64,000 nt of DNA from contig CAVSFC010000001.1 of assembly GCA_963727255.1 (NCBI GenBank), positions 14,454 to 78,453 of the forward strand, written 5' to 3'. The stretch comes from an uncultured bacterium (GTDB lineage: Bacteria; Babelota; Babeliae; Babelales; Vermiphilaceae). The position numbers were made by a program, and so were the translations under genes. The notes under the pieces are model-generated. The model was not told the origin of the DNA. It searched no databases and saw only the letters and a list, made by a program, of their open reading frames with translations. Positions 1 to 9,706 of the stretch are shown piece after piece (the stretch's first letter is position 1; each line of letters opens with the position of its first letter).

Positions 1-411
1 ACGAGCGAAAAAACCATCTTCCATCGTGAATTTGGTGGCAAGCAGTAATACTTTATTGTAATTTTGCATTTTAATTTCATCTGCTACTAAATCAACCGCA
101 TGAAATACCGGAATTTGAGAATTCAGATCAGCTTTAATCAGGTCATAATATTTATGCAAGCTGTTGCAGCAAATCATAATGCAATCAGGGTTGAGTGCAA
201 TGAGCTTTTGCAATTCGCGTTTTAATGCTGCGGCTGTTGCATCATGATCTTTGCCATAATTGCTCATAATATCATGATAATCAACGCTGCTTAGGATAAT
301 TTTAGCACTATGATAACCGCCCAAGCGAGCGCCCACTTTTTCATTGAGTAGCGTGTAATATCCAATAGTTGAAGACCAGCCAGTGCCGCCTAATAATCCG
401 ATAGTTTTCAT
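1..411 (-). CDS. Aspartate/glutamate racemase family protein (partial, runs off window start)
   Basis: ATG at 411 overlaps the stop of 408..1031 (ATGA). Reads MKTIGLLGGTGWSSTIGYY; DNA closely similar to 20250..20936. Confidence 0.85.
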   Translation of the reverse strand, partial: MKTIGLLGGTGWSSTIGYYTLLNEKVGARLGGYHSAKIILSSVDYHDIMSNYGKDHDATAAALKRELQKLIALNPDCIMICCNSLHKYYDLIKADLNSQIPVFHAVDLVADEIKMQNYNKVLLLATKFTMEDGFFAR

Positions 412-1031
412 TGTTGTTCTTTCTCGCTTAACTCTTTTCGTTGTTTTCTTAATTCTTCGATCAGATTTTTTGCTTCCAGTATTTTTTTATCATTATCATA
501 ACATTTTTTTTCTATGGAATCGCATAAACGTTCCTCAGCACGAAGAGCTGCTCGACTCGCTAAATGCACAGCACCGACACCCATGACAGTTATCGTGTCT
601 GACCAATCCAGTGAATCACATCCAGGTATACTTATAAATGCAGCAAAAAGACCCGCCCCCGATAAATAATAAGCTGCAACGGTAGGCGCTATAAGCATCA
701 CTCCACTTGTATCCCATGCTTTAGACCGAATACTTGCCATTATTTTATTCTTTCGAGTGACTTGCAATTGTTTATCAATTTCTTGAAGCTGCCCCACCGA
801 ACGCTCATTGAAAGCAACAGGAACATTCGATGCTAATTGCCTGCTTGCCAGATTTGTGCTTCTGACAGCTGCTAATTGTTTGCTGAGTAGGGGTGATCTG
901 TTTGTCACTGTTACTGCGGTTGGCGAAGATCTTAAATTTGCCATCCCATTAAAATGCGCACATCGTGATAATTGCATAGCCTGAGCTGTTGATGAAATAA
1001 GACACAAAAGTAGGAGAGCCAATCTTTTCAT
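408..1031 (-). CDS. Secreted/membrane hypothetical protein
   Basis: 207 aa; signal peptide ending AQA-MQ, then an R/S-rich segment, an internal hydrophobic stretch and a coiled C-terminus. Confidence 0.75.
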   Translation of the reverse strand: MKRLALLLLCLISSTAQAMQLSRCAHFNGMANLRSSPTAVTVTNRSPLLSKQLAAVRSTNLASRQLASNVPVAFNERSVGQLQEIDKQLQVTRKNKIMASIRSKAWDTSGVMLIAPTVAAYYLSGAGLFAAFISIPGCDSLDWSDTITVMGVGAVHLASRAALRAEERLCDSIEKKCYDNDKKILEAKNLIEELRKQRKELSEKEQQ

Positions 1032-1095
1032 AGCGAATCCTTTTAAAACCGTGTTTTTGATTTCTTAAAATTTAAAGTAAAAGTATACAGTTTTT

Positions 1096-1947
1096 TTATG
1101 CACGCTCAATCGATTCAATGAAATCTATCACTTCTTTAAATTCATGATAATTCAGATCTTTTTTGATAAGAGAGGCACTTCTTTTTAACGCTTTCATCAT
1201 TTCATCGTTATATCCCAAAATTCCAAGCGCTAATGCATAATGAACATAGGAATTATAGTAATCATTTTGATAACTAAAATATTGAGCCCAGGCAACAAGC
1301 GCTTTTTGGGCCCACTCAAGCGCATTTTCTTTTTCACCGCGCATTAAAAGTTGCTTTGCATAATACGTAGCACCAACGCCTTGGTAGTAATATTCTTTAA
1401 ATCCGTAAGGGCTCCATTGATCGGCACCCCAATAATCCGCAACACCTTGAACGCCAAGTTCATATTGTTCGCGATACATTTTGTTGCGGAAGTAATATTC
1501 ATTTTTAAAGGGATAATATGCTTCCTTTGGTTGTCCTTCTGCTTCTACTACTAATCTATCAAACATCCCTTTTGCCTTTTGCAACATTCTGCTTTTTAAT
1601 GGCTCAGGAGTAATTTCAGATGTATCGCCCAGGAGTGATGCGAGATCTGCTTGCAGCGTAAAATCTTGAGGGATTTTTTTTAATCCATCGATGGTAATAT
1701 CAATTGCTTTTTCATATTGGCATTCATGCACCTTTTTCATAAGCTCTTTGCTTATTCGATTTGCTTCAGTTGAAACAAAAGTATTTGTTGGAGGAAGCTC
1801 GAGAATGAGCGCTCGTTCTATAATCGCATCTTTATCAATTCGTGATAGTTCAGTTTTATTGGCATAAACTTCTTGCTTGGAATAATAGAGAAACCATAAA
1901 GCAGTAATTGATAGTCCAGCCAAAATAATGAGAAAATATTTTTTCAT
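1096..1947 (-). CDS. Membrane-anchored helical (TPR-like) hypothetical protein
   Basis: 283 aa; N-terminal TM helix; Y/A-rich helical repeats such as YVHYALALGILG. Confidence 0.7.
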   Translation of the reverse strand: MKKYFLIILAGLSITALWFLYYSKQEVYANKTELSRIDKDAIIERALILELPPTNTFVSTEANRISKELMKKVHECQYEKAIDITIDGLKKIPQDFTLQADLASLLGDTSEITPEPLKSRMLQKAKGMFDRLVVEAEGQPKEAYYPFKNEYYFRNKMYREQYELGVQGVADYWGADQWSPYGFKEYYYQGVGATYYAKQLLMRGEKENALEWAQKALVAWAQYFSYQNDYYNSYVHYALALGILGYNDEMMKALKRSASLIKKDLNYHEFKEVIDFIESIERA

Positions 1948-1949
1948 AT

Positions 1950-2540
1950 TTAATCCGCATGCTCAATTGTTTCAAATACAAAAATCTCGCGATCTTCATG
2001 CCAGGTAAAGGTAGTAATTGATTCATTCGTTAGCGCCGGCAATTCAGAAACATTGTGCCCCAAATGAGTAAGAAATGAGTGAAGTAACCACCCATGGGTT
2101 ACCACCGCAACATGCTGGCCTTTATGTTTCTTCACAATGCCATGAAGATAGTTCATAACGCGTGCGACCACTTTATCGCGCGGCTCGCCCCCGGCTTTTT
2201 CTAGGGCTTCTTCTTCCTTCATCAAGCCATAAAGATCTGCTCTTTCTTGTTTAGTGAGTCCTTCCATTTTGCCAAAATGGCCTTCACGCAAATCAGCCGC
2301 AAGAATAATCTCTAATGCAAAAATTGCAGCAATCTCTTGGGCAGTTTGATGCGCTCGTTGCAAATCAGACGAATAAAGAGCTGCAAATGAAACCTGTTTT
2401 TTCTTAAGAAATTGCGCTACTTTTTGTGCTTGTGCTTTTCCAGTCGCATTAAGCGGAATATCTGCATGCCCTTGTATCTTACCAGCAAGATTCCAATCAG
2501 TCTGGCCATGGCGAATAAGAAATAATGTTGTTTTGCTCAT
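1950..2540 (-). CDS. Histidine phosphatase (phosphoglycerate mutase family)
   Basis: LIRHGQTDWN, SSDLQRA and VTHG motifs. Confidence 0.93.
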   Translation of the reverse strand: MSKTTLFLIRHGQTDWNLAGKIQGHADIPLNATGKAQAQKVAQFLKKKQVSFAALYSSDLQRAHQTAQEIAAIFALEIILAADLREGHFGKMEGLTKQERADLYGLMKEEEALEKAGGEPRDKVVARVMNYLHGIVKKHKGQHVAVVTHGWLLHSFLTHLGHNVSELPALTNESITTFTWHEDREIFVFETIEHAD

Positions 2541-2564
2541 GTGAAAATCCTAATGCATTATTTT

Positions 2565-2906
2565 CTAATTCTCGTGTATTTCTTCTACAAACATTTTTTT
2601 ATCAAAACCACCACGGTGTTTCTTTTTAGCAATTCGCACCCTCTCCAATTCTTCTATTGAACCGGTAACCAATGGAGCAAGGGCATAAACAACTTCTAAA
2701 ACATCTGCAAGCTCTTCGGGAATTGGGGTTTCTAAAAATTCAGCCACTTCTTCCTCTAACTTTTTATAGAGCGCAAGTCGATATTCTTCATCCGATAAAA
2801 TATGGGTTATCGCGGTTGCTCCTCGTGCAGCTAAATTTTCATGCAGTCTATCGCGAGCAAGTTTGTTAAGGACTCGTACTTTCGATTTATCACTTTTTAA
2901 TGTCAT
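2565..2906 (-). CDS. MazG-like nucleoside triphosphate pyrophosphohydrolase
   Basis: NKLARD, KKLEEEVAEF, EELADVLEV and KKHRGGF motifs. Confidence 0.85.
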   Translation of the reverse strand: MTLKSDKSKVRVLNKLARDRLHENLAARGATAITHILSDEEYRLALYKKLEEEVAEFLETPIPEELADVLEVVYALAPLVTGSIEELERVRIAKKKHRGGFDKKMFVEEIHEN

Positions 2907-2917
2907 CTGAAAGCCCT

Positions 2918-3805
2918 CTAGAGTAATTCATGTTTCTTTTTATAATCTGCGATCACTTCATCAATAATGCGCCAGCACTCTTTGCCCTCAATGTTATTTG
3001 TTTCGCAAAGACCTGCTGCAACAATTAATGCTTTCCATAATGCCCAGCCACGTCCGCGCGCCCAGGTGCCTTCATCAAGATTAAGAATAGTGCGGAAGGT
3101 TTCACGGCTTTCTCCTTTAAAGAATGTCCACGTAATTGCAAGATCGCATGCAGGATCGCCAATTGCCAATCCGCCAAAATCAATAACAGCGCTTAACTGT
3201 CCATCTTTCATCAATAAATTGCCAAGGCTAATATCGCCATGCACCCAAACGGGCGGTTTGTTCCACGTTGTTGCAAGGGCGGCTTGCCAAACTTCAGTTG
3301 CAGCAGCAACATCGATTTTATCTTTCAGGATAGCAAGTGCTTGCCGTGTTTCATCATCATAGATGGCAAGAGGGCCTCCGCGATCAGTAGTTGTTCCAGG
3401 AATTGGTCCATTGGTAGGATCAATTTTTTGCAGCGCAACAAGAAATTGCGCAAGACTTTTAGCAAAGTCTACTGTATTAGCAATTTGAGCGTAGGCAGCC
3501 GTTTCACCCTCAAGCCAGCGATAAACTGACCAATTCCATGGATAGCCATATCCTGGCTCACCAATCTCTAATGGAATTGAAATTTGCAGTGGCAATAACG
3601 GAGCCAAAATTGGTAACCACTTATGCTCTTTTTCAACTTTTGGCGCATATTCCGGACCACTCGGCATGCGTACCAGCATTTGATCGCCCAAATGAAAGGT
3701 TCTATTATCCCATCCGCCATCAGCAACTGGTTTCACCTCTAAATGTTTCCATTGCGGGAATTGAGAATCTATAAGTTTGCGTACAAGCGCAGTATCTATG
3801 ATCAT
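2918..3805 (-). CDS. Aminoglycoside phosphotransferase (APH) family protein
   Basis: GWDNRTFHLG, WVHGDISLGNLL and VIDFG motifs. Confidence 0.93.
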   Translation of the reverse strand: MIIDTALVRKLIDSQFPQWKHLEVKPVADGGWDNRTFHLGDQMLVRMPSGPEYAPKVEKEHKWLPILAPLLPLQISIPLEIGEPGYGYPWNWSVYRWLEGETAAYAQIANTVDFAKSLAQFLVALQKIDPTNGPIPGTTTDRGGPLAIYDDETRQALAILKDKIDVAAATEVWQAALATTWNKPPVWVHGDISLGNLLMKDGQLSAVIDFGGLAIGDPACDLAITWTFFKGESRETFRTILNLDEGTWARGRGWALWKALIVAAGLCETNNIEGKECWRIIDEVIADYKKKHELL

Positions 3806-3807
3806 AT

Positions 3808-4644
3808 TTATTCTTGTTCGCCAGCATTTTTCAAGACTTTAGATGTATCAAATCCCCATTTCTGGCATAAACCTTTAAAAGTAAGCATAGCACTTATATA
3901 GCCGGAACATCGATAAAGATCTCTTATTTCATTTGCTAGCTCATTATTGCCGTGCGCCATTTCTTCAAAATTAGGACTGATTAGGCTTCTATTCCACCAC
4001 ACATTTGATATACATATGGTTTGAATTCTGGCAACTTCATCGGCAGTCAAAAGGGGATTAAGTGAAGGCTTTTTTTGAGCCGCTTCAAGAAGCGTTTTGA
4101 ATGCTTCAACTATTTTTGAATCAACATCATAATCAGCAGGGCCGTATACATTAACAATCACCGGCCTTTCAAGATTTTTTGCTTGCTCTGTTCTAATAAA
4201 ACCTATATTTGCACATTTATCATTTAAAAGTGTTGAATGCCATGCAATTCCCTGTTCTTTATCCACGTTGCCATTCCAAGGAATGAATTGTAAGAGTTTA
4301 TGAAAGGATGCTGATTGCTGTGTCAAGACATCGCAAGCATAGCGATGCGATTTGCTCGCACGATCTTCTTCGTTATCGATATCTTCCATCACTTTGCAAA
4401 AATCCGTTGGTTTAAAATTGGTATCATGGGCAGCTTGTGTGCATAAATGAGAAAAAAGTCCCCTTTGTATTGCTATAAGAGTATTTGATTGCGGGGATAT
4501 ATCTTTAAAGCAATCGATCACATCTGGCGAAGATATAAGAGGCTTATTATAGGCAGCCAAAAGATTTTCTTTTGGGGCTTCCATAGCCTGGAGGCTAAAT
4601 ATGCTAAAACATGCTAATGTCATTGTACTTTTAATAAGTTTCAT
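3808..4644 (-). CDS. Secreted hypothetical protein (paralogue of 23819..24652)
   Basis: Start set at 4644 (GAGG RBS, matches the paralogue); signal peptide LQA-ME. Confidence 0.8.
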   Translation of the reverse strand: MKLIKSTMTLACFSIFSLQAMEAPKENLLAAYNKPLISSPDVIDCFKDISPQSNTLIAIQRGLFSHLCTQAAHDTNFKPTDFCKVMEDIDNEEDRASKSHRYACDVLTQQSASFHKLLQFIPWNGNVDKEQGIAWHSTLLNDKCANIGFIRTEQAKNLERPVIVNVYGPADYDVDSKIVEAFKTLLEAAQKKPSLNPLLTADEVARIQTICISNVWWNRSLISPNFEEMAHGNNELANEIRDLYRCSGYISAMLTFKGLCQKWGFDTSKVLKNAGEQE

Positions 4645-4787
4645 ATGAACCTCTTCGAATAAAATAGCTGTAATTGTCCTAAGATTAGCAAATATGATAG
4701 CCATTTATGCAAATTAAAGATAGAAAAATGCCATTATTTATGCGTTTTTTTTATGAGCTACGGTGGAGAAGGCTCGAGCCATATCTC

Positions 4788-6344
4788 TTAGTATTTTTTT
4801 GCAGTGGAGTCTGTCCTAATGTCAAGATCAGGTAATTCCTTTTTAAGTTCATCGTAGCCATGAACGTGCTTTATACCATACACTTTCAAGATCTTGAGTT
4901 TTTGGGCTCCTGGATACCGGTGAGTTTTAATTGCCGATCCATTATAGTCCGTATATCCAGCAAGGGGAAGAATCCATAAAGATTTTGGCTGACCAACCGG
5001 CGAGGAAGAAAGGCCAGAAAGGTCAAGTTCCTCAAGGTTTTTTAGGCTAGCGATCTCCTCGATGTTTGAAACTTGTGTACCATGCAAAGACAATTTCTGT
5101 AAATTTGTGCATGCACTAATACCAGTTAAATCTTTTAACTCTGGATATATCGATAAATCAAGTTTGACCTTATCGGCTGTGCACAAGTTTGGCAACTGCG
5201 TTAAACTTATTATGCTAGAATCTTTAATTTTGGTGGATTCCGAGGCACTTTTCTTGATTTGTGCAGGAGTAATTTCTTGTAGTTTTACTTTAGGCTCAAC
5301 CATTTTACCGCCGAATGTCTTTGCATAAGCAGTGGCAAATGCTTGCTGAATGAGCGGGTTGAAAAATTCTACTAGCTCTCTGTTATTTCTTACGCCGTCC
5401 ATTACATCTTTCCCTTTATAAAGGTACTTACCATCTAAGTAAAATACATCAGTTGGATTCGCTTTTTCTTGGATGATTTTATTGATCTGTTGTGCAACAT
5501 CAGGATTTAGCTTTGAAACATAGCCATTAATGAATGCGGTGATCATATTGGATATTTTTGCCTTTTTAGTTTCATCTTTGAGTTCTTCTATAAAGCGCTC
5601 TCGCTTACCATCGAAGGTGATTGATAATGAGTAAACAAGATACAGTGGATCAAGAATAAGGCGTTTGTGTTCTGCGACATTACCCAAATCAATCAGAGTA
5701 AATATATGGTTAGCAGGATCATAAAAGATGTTTCCCATTTGAAAATCGCCATGTTGCAAACCATAATAAAATCCATCAGAGTCAAGGGTTGAGGGCTTGC
5801 TGTTTTGAAACTGTGCGAGTGCCTCGCCTAAATTGGAAAATACCGTTCGGCTGTCACGGTTGATTTTAGGATTGATATAGTCATAATACTGTTTGTTTAC
5901 CAGAGTTGGCAGAGCCTTTGAAACTTCAACGAAACACATGCCTAGATTATCAGTTGACCATATTTTATAGGTCTTTTGGGGTATGGCAAATTCAAATCCA
6001 GTATTCTTTAATCCTAATCCTCGAAGTATACTGTATGTTTTTTCTAGGTCATCTAACTCTTTGCTTAATTCATCTGCGGGCGCAACAAACTTAGAAACTT
6101 TGAATATCAGATCATGCCGTTGGTAAACCGTACTGTTTGCCCCTTGTTTGTGTGCGGGAAGTTTTTCTGCATACCTTAAGCTTTCTAATCCTGGTAAATC
6201 AGATATCTTTTCTCTCGGCGGGCATAGTTGACCAACAGACATTTGAACTTTGTATTCTGGGAGATATGATGAGGGCATTTCCATGGCATTGATCATGGCG
6301 CTCAAGCCTAATACGATAGTTATGATTGGTAATTGAAGCTTCAT
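4788..6344 (-). CDS. Secreted protein kinase-like + leucine-rich-repeat protein (candidate effector)
   Basis: Signal INA-ME; kinase motifs QGANSTVY, IFKV, HGDFQMGNIF, LIDLG; LRRs NLQKLSLHGT and NLEELDLSG. Confidence 0.8.
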   Translation of the reverse strand: MKLQLPIITIVLGLSAMINAMEMPSSYLPEYKVQMSVGQLCPPREKISDLPGLESLRYAEKLPAHKQGANSTVYQRHDLIFKVSKFVAPADELSKELDDLEKTYSILRGLGLKNTGFEFAIPQKTYKIWSTDNLGMCFVEVSKALPTLVNKQYYDYINPKINRDSRTVFSNLGEALAQFQNSKPSTLDSDGFYYGLQHGDFQMGNIFYDPANHIFTLIDLGNVAEHKRLILDPLYLVYSLSITFDGKRERFIEELKDETKKAKISNMITAFINGYVSKLNPDVAQQINKIIQEKANPTDVFYLDGKYLYKGKDVMDGVRNNRELVEFFNPLIQQAFATAYAKTFGGKMVEPKVKLQEITPAQIKKSASESTKIKDSSIISLTQLPNLCTADKVKLDLSIYPELKDLTGISACTNLQKLSLHGTQVSNIEEIASLKNLEELDLSGLSSSPVGQPKSLWILPLAGYTDYNGSAIKTHRYPGAQKLKILKVYGIKHVHGYDELKKELPDLDIRTDSTAKKY

Positions 6345-6359
6345 ATAAAAATTTCCACT

Positions 6360-7697
6360 TTATTTATTTTTTACCATTTCTTCTAATTCATTATGTAAAT
6401 AGGTCGGCAAAAGATTTTTTGCTCTTTCAAGAGTTATTTTGCCCTCTTTCACCCACTGTGCCATATTTTTTACTGATTTAAATTCTGATTGCGCTATATC
6501 TGATGTTTCGAGCAGTTCTTGTTTAGTTTCAAGATTTAACGCTTCCATTCTTTTTATATGCCGTTCTTCTTCCGGCTTCATCGGCCTTTTTTCGATTCTA
6601 AATCCGAGCTCATTAAGCTTAGCCTTTTCAAGGTCTAAAAAAGATCGTGTTTTCATTTTTCTTATCTCACCAGATTCTGTTTTTGTGAGCCCCTTTGTTA
6701 ATATTTTTTCAATCTCCGCAAACTCTTTTATCGCATTATCCATAAAAACAGACTTTTTATCTTGGTTTAAGCGCTTGGCTTTCTCGCTTAATTCTTTTGT
6801 CCAATCAAGCATGGTTTTACCATTTTTGTCCGTGATGCTCATAATACTGCCATGCCCTTTAATCACTTCTACACTCTCATCCATATGTGTTCCCTCCGGC
6901 AACCAATTAACATAGGTCTTGAGTAAATAGTATAGGTGACGACCGCCATCATATTTTGCCAACGCGAAAGCCTCTTCGACTGCGATTACGTAGGCAGCGA
7001 TATGGAGGGCCACATGTGCTTCTTGTGGGGTATATCTTTTACCATGGATTGTACTTTTGTATGTACCTTCTCTTTCTTCTGCAATAAATGGGCCATAGTT
7101 TTTATAGCGCTTTGAAAGATTATTAAATCTAATCTGTGGCCCCTTAAGATTTTCAAGCACGTTATATATTCCATATTCTACTATTGTCAGTTCCTGGATA
7201 GCCTCTTTCAGTTCATAGGTAGCCGTTTGCCGCTCATAGATAGCCATTATCCGTTCATAGGTACCCGTTTTCAGTTCATCGGTATCATACGGAGGCGTTC
7301 CTTCTGCCAACATCATCCCTATCGCATCCAGATCATACCGAAAGCTAAGCTCAAGCTCTCCCTCAATAATGCGCGGTGGCATCCCTTCATTATTAAGTTT
7401 ATTTTTAAAATCAGGATCAGCAGCAATAGCATTCTCAACAAAGGTTTTTATCGCCTGGAGTTGCCCAGTAAGATCTTTTATCTCTTTAACTAATGCGTTC
7501 AGAGCATTGGTATCTTTTTCAGGGTTAGCCTTGATACTTTTGTCTCTAATGTCTCTTACACTTTTGGTCAAATGGCGCACCATATCAGTCAATATATTGG
7601 CATCTTTATTTCCAGTTGCCTGCGGAGGTTGCTCCATGGCATTGAGCAGGGTGCTCATGCTCAGGATGGCGAGAACAATGTTTTTTGACAGATTCAT
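6360..7697 (-). CDS. Secreted hypothetical protein with SOCS-box-like C-terminus
   Basis: Signal LNA-ME; ankyrin-like TDKNGKTMLD; the C-terminus resembles that of 7712..8704. Confidence 0.7.
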   Translation of the reverse strand: MNLSKNIVLAILSMSTLLNAMEQPPQATGNKDANILTDMVRHLTKSVRDIRDKSIKANPEKDTNALNALVKEIKDLTGQLQAIKTFVENAIAADPDFKNKLNNEGMPPRIIEGELELSFRYDLDAIGMMLAEGTPPYDTDELKTGTYERIMAIYERQTATYELKEAIQELTIVEYGIYNVLENLKGPQIRFNNLSKRYKNYGPFIAEEREGTYKSTIHGKRYTPQEAHVALHIAAYVIAVEEAFALAKYDGGRHLYYLLKTYVNWLPEGTHMDESVEVIKGHGSIMSITDKNGKTMLDWTKELSEKAKRLNQDKKSVFMDNAIKEFAEIEKILTKGLTKTESGEIRKMKTRSFLDLEKAKLNELGFRIEKRPMKPEEERHIKRMEALNLETKQELLETSDIAQSEFKSVKNMAQWVKEGKITLERAKNLLPTYLHNELEEMVKNK

Positions 7698-7711
7698 AGG
7701 ACTTCCTTTAT

Positions 7712-8704
7712 TTATTGCAAACTTTTTAACATTTCTTCTAATTGTTTCTGTAAATCAGCGGGAAGTTTTTTCTTCGCTTGTTCAAGCGTGATTTGACCGC
7801 TTTTAATTTGCTGTGCAACTGCTTTCAATGATTGCTGGCGCAACGAGGGAGCTTGCACATACTTTGCTAGTAATTCGATTATTGGTTGATATTTTTCAGA
7901 TTCAGTAGGGTGCGCTTTTATTATTTCTTCTAAACTTTCTATTAATGTTTTGTCTGAAAGAAGACCTATTTTTGGATTAGGGTTAGCGCCCGCCTCAAGC
8001 AGCATTTTAATAATTGGATAATTTTTTGCCTCTACTGCTTTTTCTAAAATAGTATAATACCTTCCGTGTGAACTATATGCATACGTATTAAGATCTGCCC
8101 CGGCTTCTAGCAGCTTTTTGAATAGCACCGGATCATTATTTTCTAAAGCTGCATTAAGAGGGCTCGAAGAACCATACCGTTTTGAAATCATATAACTAGG
8201 ATTAGGAGTAAAGCCTATATCAAGAAACAACATAAGCATCTCTCGAGATCCGGGATTTCGAAGATCCTGTATGAATGACTTAAAAATTTGTTCGAGATCA
8301 ATAGATAGTTTTGGATGTGATTTAAACCACTGTTGTGCTTGCGCGGTAGAAAACCATCGTTTTGCACCCGGAGTTTTTAACGCAAGTGCTACTCTAATAC
8401 GATCTCCATTAGTCCATTTAGTAGCAAGATCGGTAATAAGGTTATTAGTAATACTTGCATCATTAATCAGCTGATTGAATTGTTTGTCAACAAGTGTTAA
8501 TGCTCTGATTGTTTGAATTGCAGTTCCTAATGAATCAGAATTTGTTATGTCATTAGTAATTTGAGCTTGTAACTCTGTAGGCAATCCCGATAAAGATAAT
8601 AGTGATGGTTCAATAGTGCGTGGTTTCTCCATAGAAAAAATAGATGCATTTTTGGTAAGAGATAGTATAACGAGAAGCATTATGGTGTATTTGACGGCAT
8701 TCAT
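7712..8704 (-). CDS. Secreted ankyrin-repeat protein with F-box-like N-terminus and SOCS-box-like C-terminus
   Basis: Probable start 8704; LSGLPTELQAQI; ankyrin repeats SPLNAAL..LLEAGADLN and MLLEAGANPN; PSLRQQSLKAV...LPADLQKQL. Confidence 0.8.
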   Translation of the reverse strand: MNAVKYTIMLLVILSLTKNASIFSMEKPRTIEPSLLSLSGLPTELQAQITNDITNSDSLGTAIQTIRALTLVDKQFNQLINDASITNNLITDLATKWTNGDRIRVALALKTPGAKRWFSTAQAQQWFKSHPKLSIDLEQIFKSFIQDLRNPGSREMLMLFLDIGFTPNPSYMISKRYGSSSPLNAALENNDPVLFKKLLEAGADLNTYAYSSHGRYYTILEKAVEAKNYPIIKMLLEAGANPNPKIGLLSDKTLIESLEEIIKAHPTESEKYQPIIELLAKYVQAPSLRQQSLKAVAQQIKSGQITLEQAKKKLPADLQKQLEEMLKSLQ

Positions 8705-8853
8705 TTTTATCCCCAAAGAACATTGTTCTGTATAAAATTTACCATTAATTATTTCTATTTGAATTATATCATATGACTGATCCTGCTTACAAGAAAAAAG
8801 CAAAAAAACCAGCAGGCATGCTTAAAAGGCTTATAATAAAGGCATTTTTAACC

Positions 8854-8881
8854 TTGATATCCCCTAAAAACCTGCTATTCT
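8854..8881 (+). promoter_or_regulatory. Putative sigma70 promoter of GNAT gene
   Basis: TTGATA-16 bp-TATTCT upstream of 8929. Confidence 0.4.
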
Positions 8882-8928
8882 TTGCATATGCTTTTCGATC
8901 GTTTTACCCCCCAATTTGAGCAGTTCTC

Positions 8929-9393
8929 ATGAGTACTATTGCCATCCGCCCCTTTAAATCTTTAGATTTGCCTGCAGTAATACAGCTCTTTAAAGAAGCA
9001 GTTGCTGCCATCAATATCCAGCATTATTCGCCTGAACAAATAGCCGTTTGGACGGACATCGACAGCGAACGCTGGCTAAAAAAGTTAGAACAGAACATTG
9101 CATTTGTTGCCGAGATCGATTCGATTATTGTTGGCTTTGCTGATATAACGCACGAAGGGTATCTTGATCGCCTGTATGTGCACAAAGATTACCAAGCCCG
9201 TTGGGTTGCCCTTTCCCTTTTTAAAGCGATAGAAAAAGCGGCACGCGAGCTTGGCCTTACTAAAATTACTACCGATTGCAGTATTACCGCCAAAGTGCCG
9301 GCAGAGAGAATGGGCTTTGTGACAATCAAAGAACAAACCGTGATGCGCCATGGGGTGCCGCTTGTTAATTATGTTATGGAAAAGAAGTTATAG
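8929..9393 (+). CDS. GNAT family N-acetyltransferase (YafP-like)
   Basis: IVGFAD..GYLDRLYVHKDYQ and SITAK motifs. Confidence 0.9.
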   Translation: MSTIAIRPFKSLDLPAVIQLFKEAVAAINIQHYSPEQIAVWTDIDSERWLKKLEQNIAFVAEIDSIIVGFADITHEGYLDRLYVHKDYQARWVALSLFKAIEKAARELGLTKITTDCSITAKVPAERMGFVTIKEQTVMRHGVPLVNYVMEKKL

Positions 9394-9706
9394 TTTTTTA
9401 CTTTCCCTCATTGCGCTACAGCATTTGCTCTGCTTTGCATGCCAAACACCATTACCCTCATATCTTCAATTGTTGCCAAAAGATCTATGGCACGAGACCA
9501 TGAATTGCACTCTCTCAACCGCACCATTATGGCAGGATAAAGAGGAAGATAATAGAGTTGAGCAGGCTCTCCGCTTTAATGCCCTTGCAAAAGAACTGTG
9601 CAACTTAAATTTGCAGCATATGATCATTTCCCGCATGCAAGCCGATCTTTCGCATGCAAAAAAAGAGATTCTGGAGCCTTACTATCCGGATTATAATTTT
9701 AAATTA

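Noticed and set aside
2967..3362. Antisense ORFs that recur in both duplicates (also 22936-23253, 39360-39572, 54752-54964)
   Set aside because: They are shadows of conserved genes on the opposite strand.
4755..4780. GCTACGGTGGAGAAGG resembling the GCTTCGGCGGACAGG element at about 25016
   Set aside because: Too short and degenerate to support, although it sits at a cassette breakpoint.
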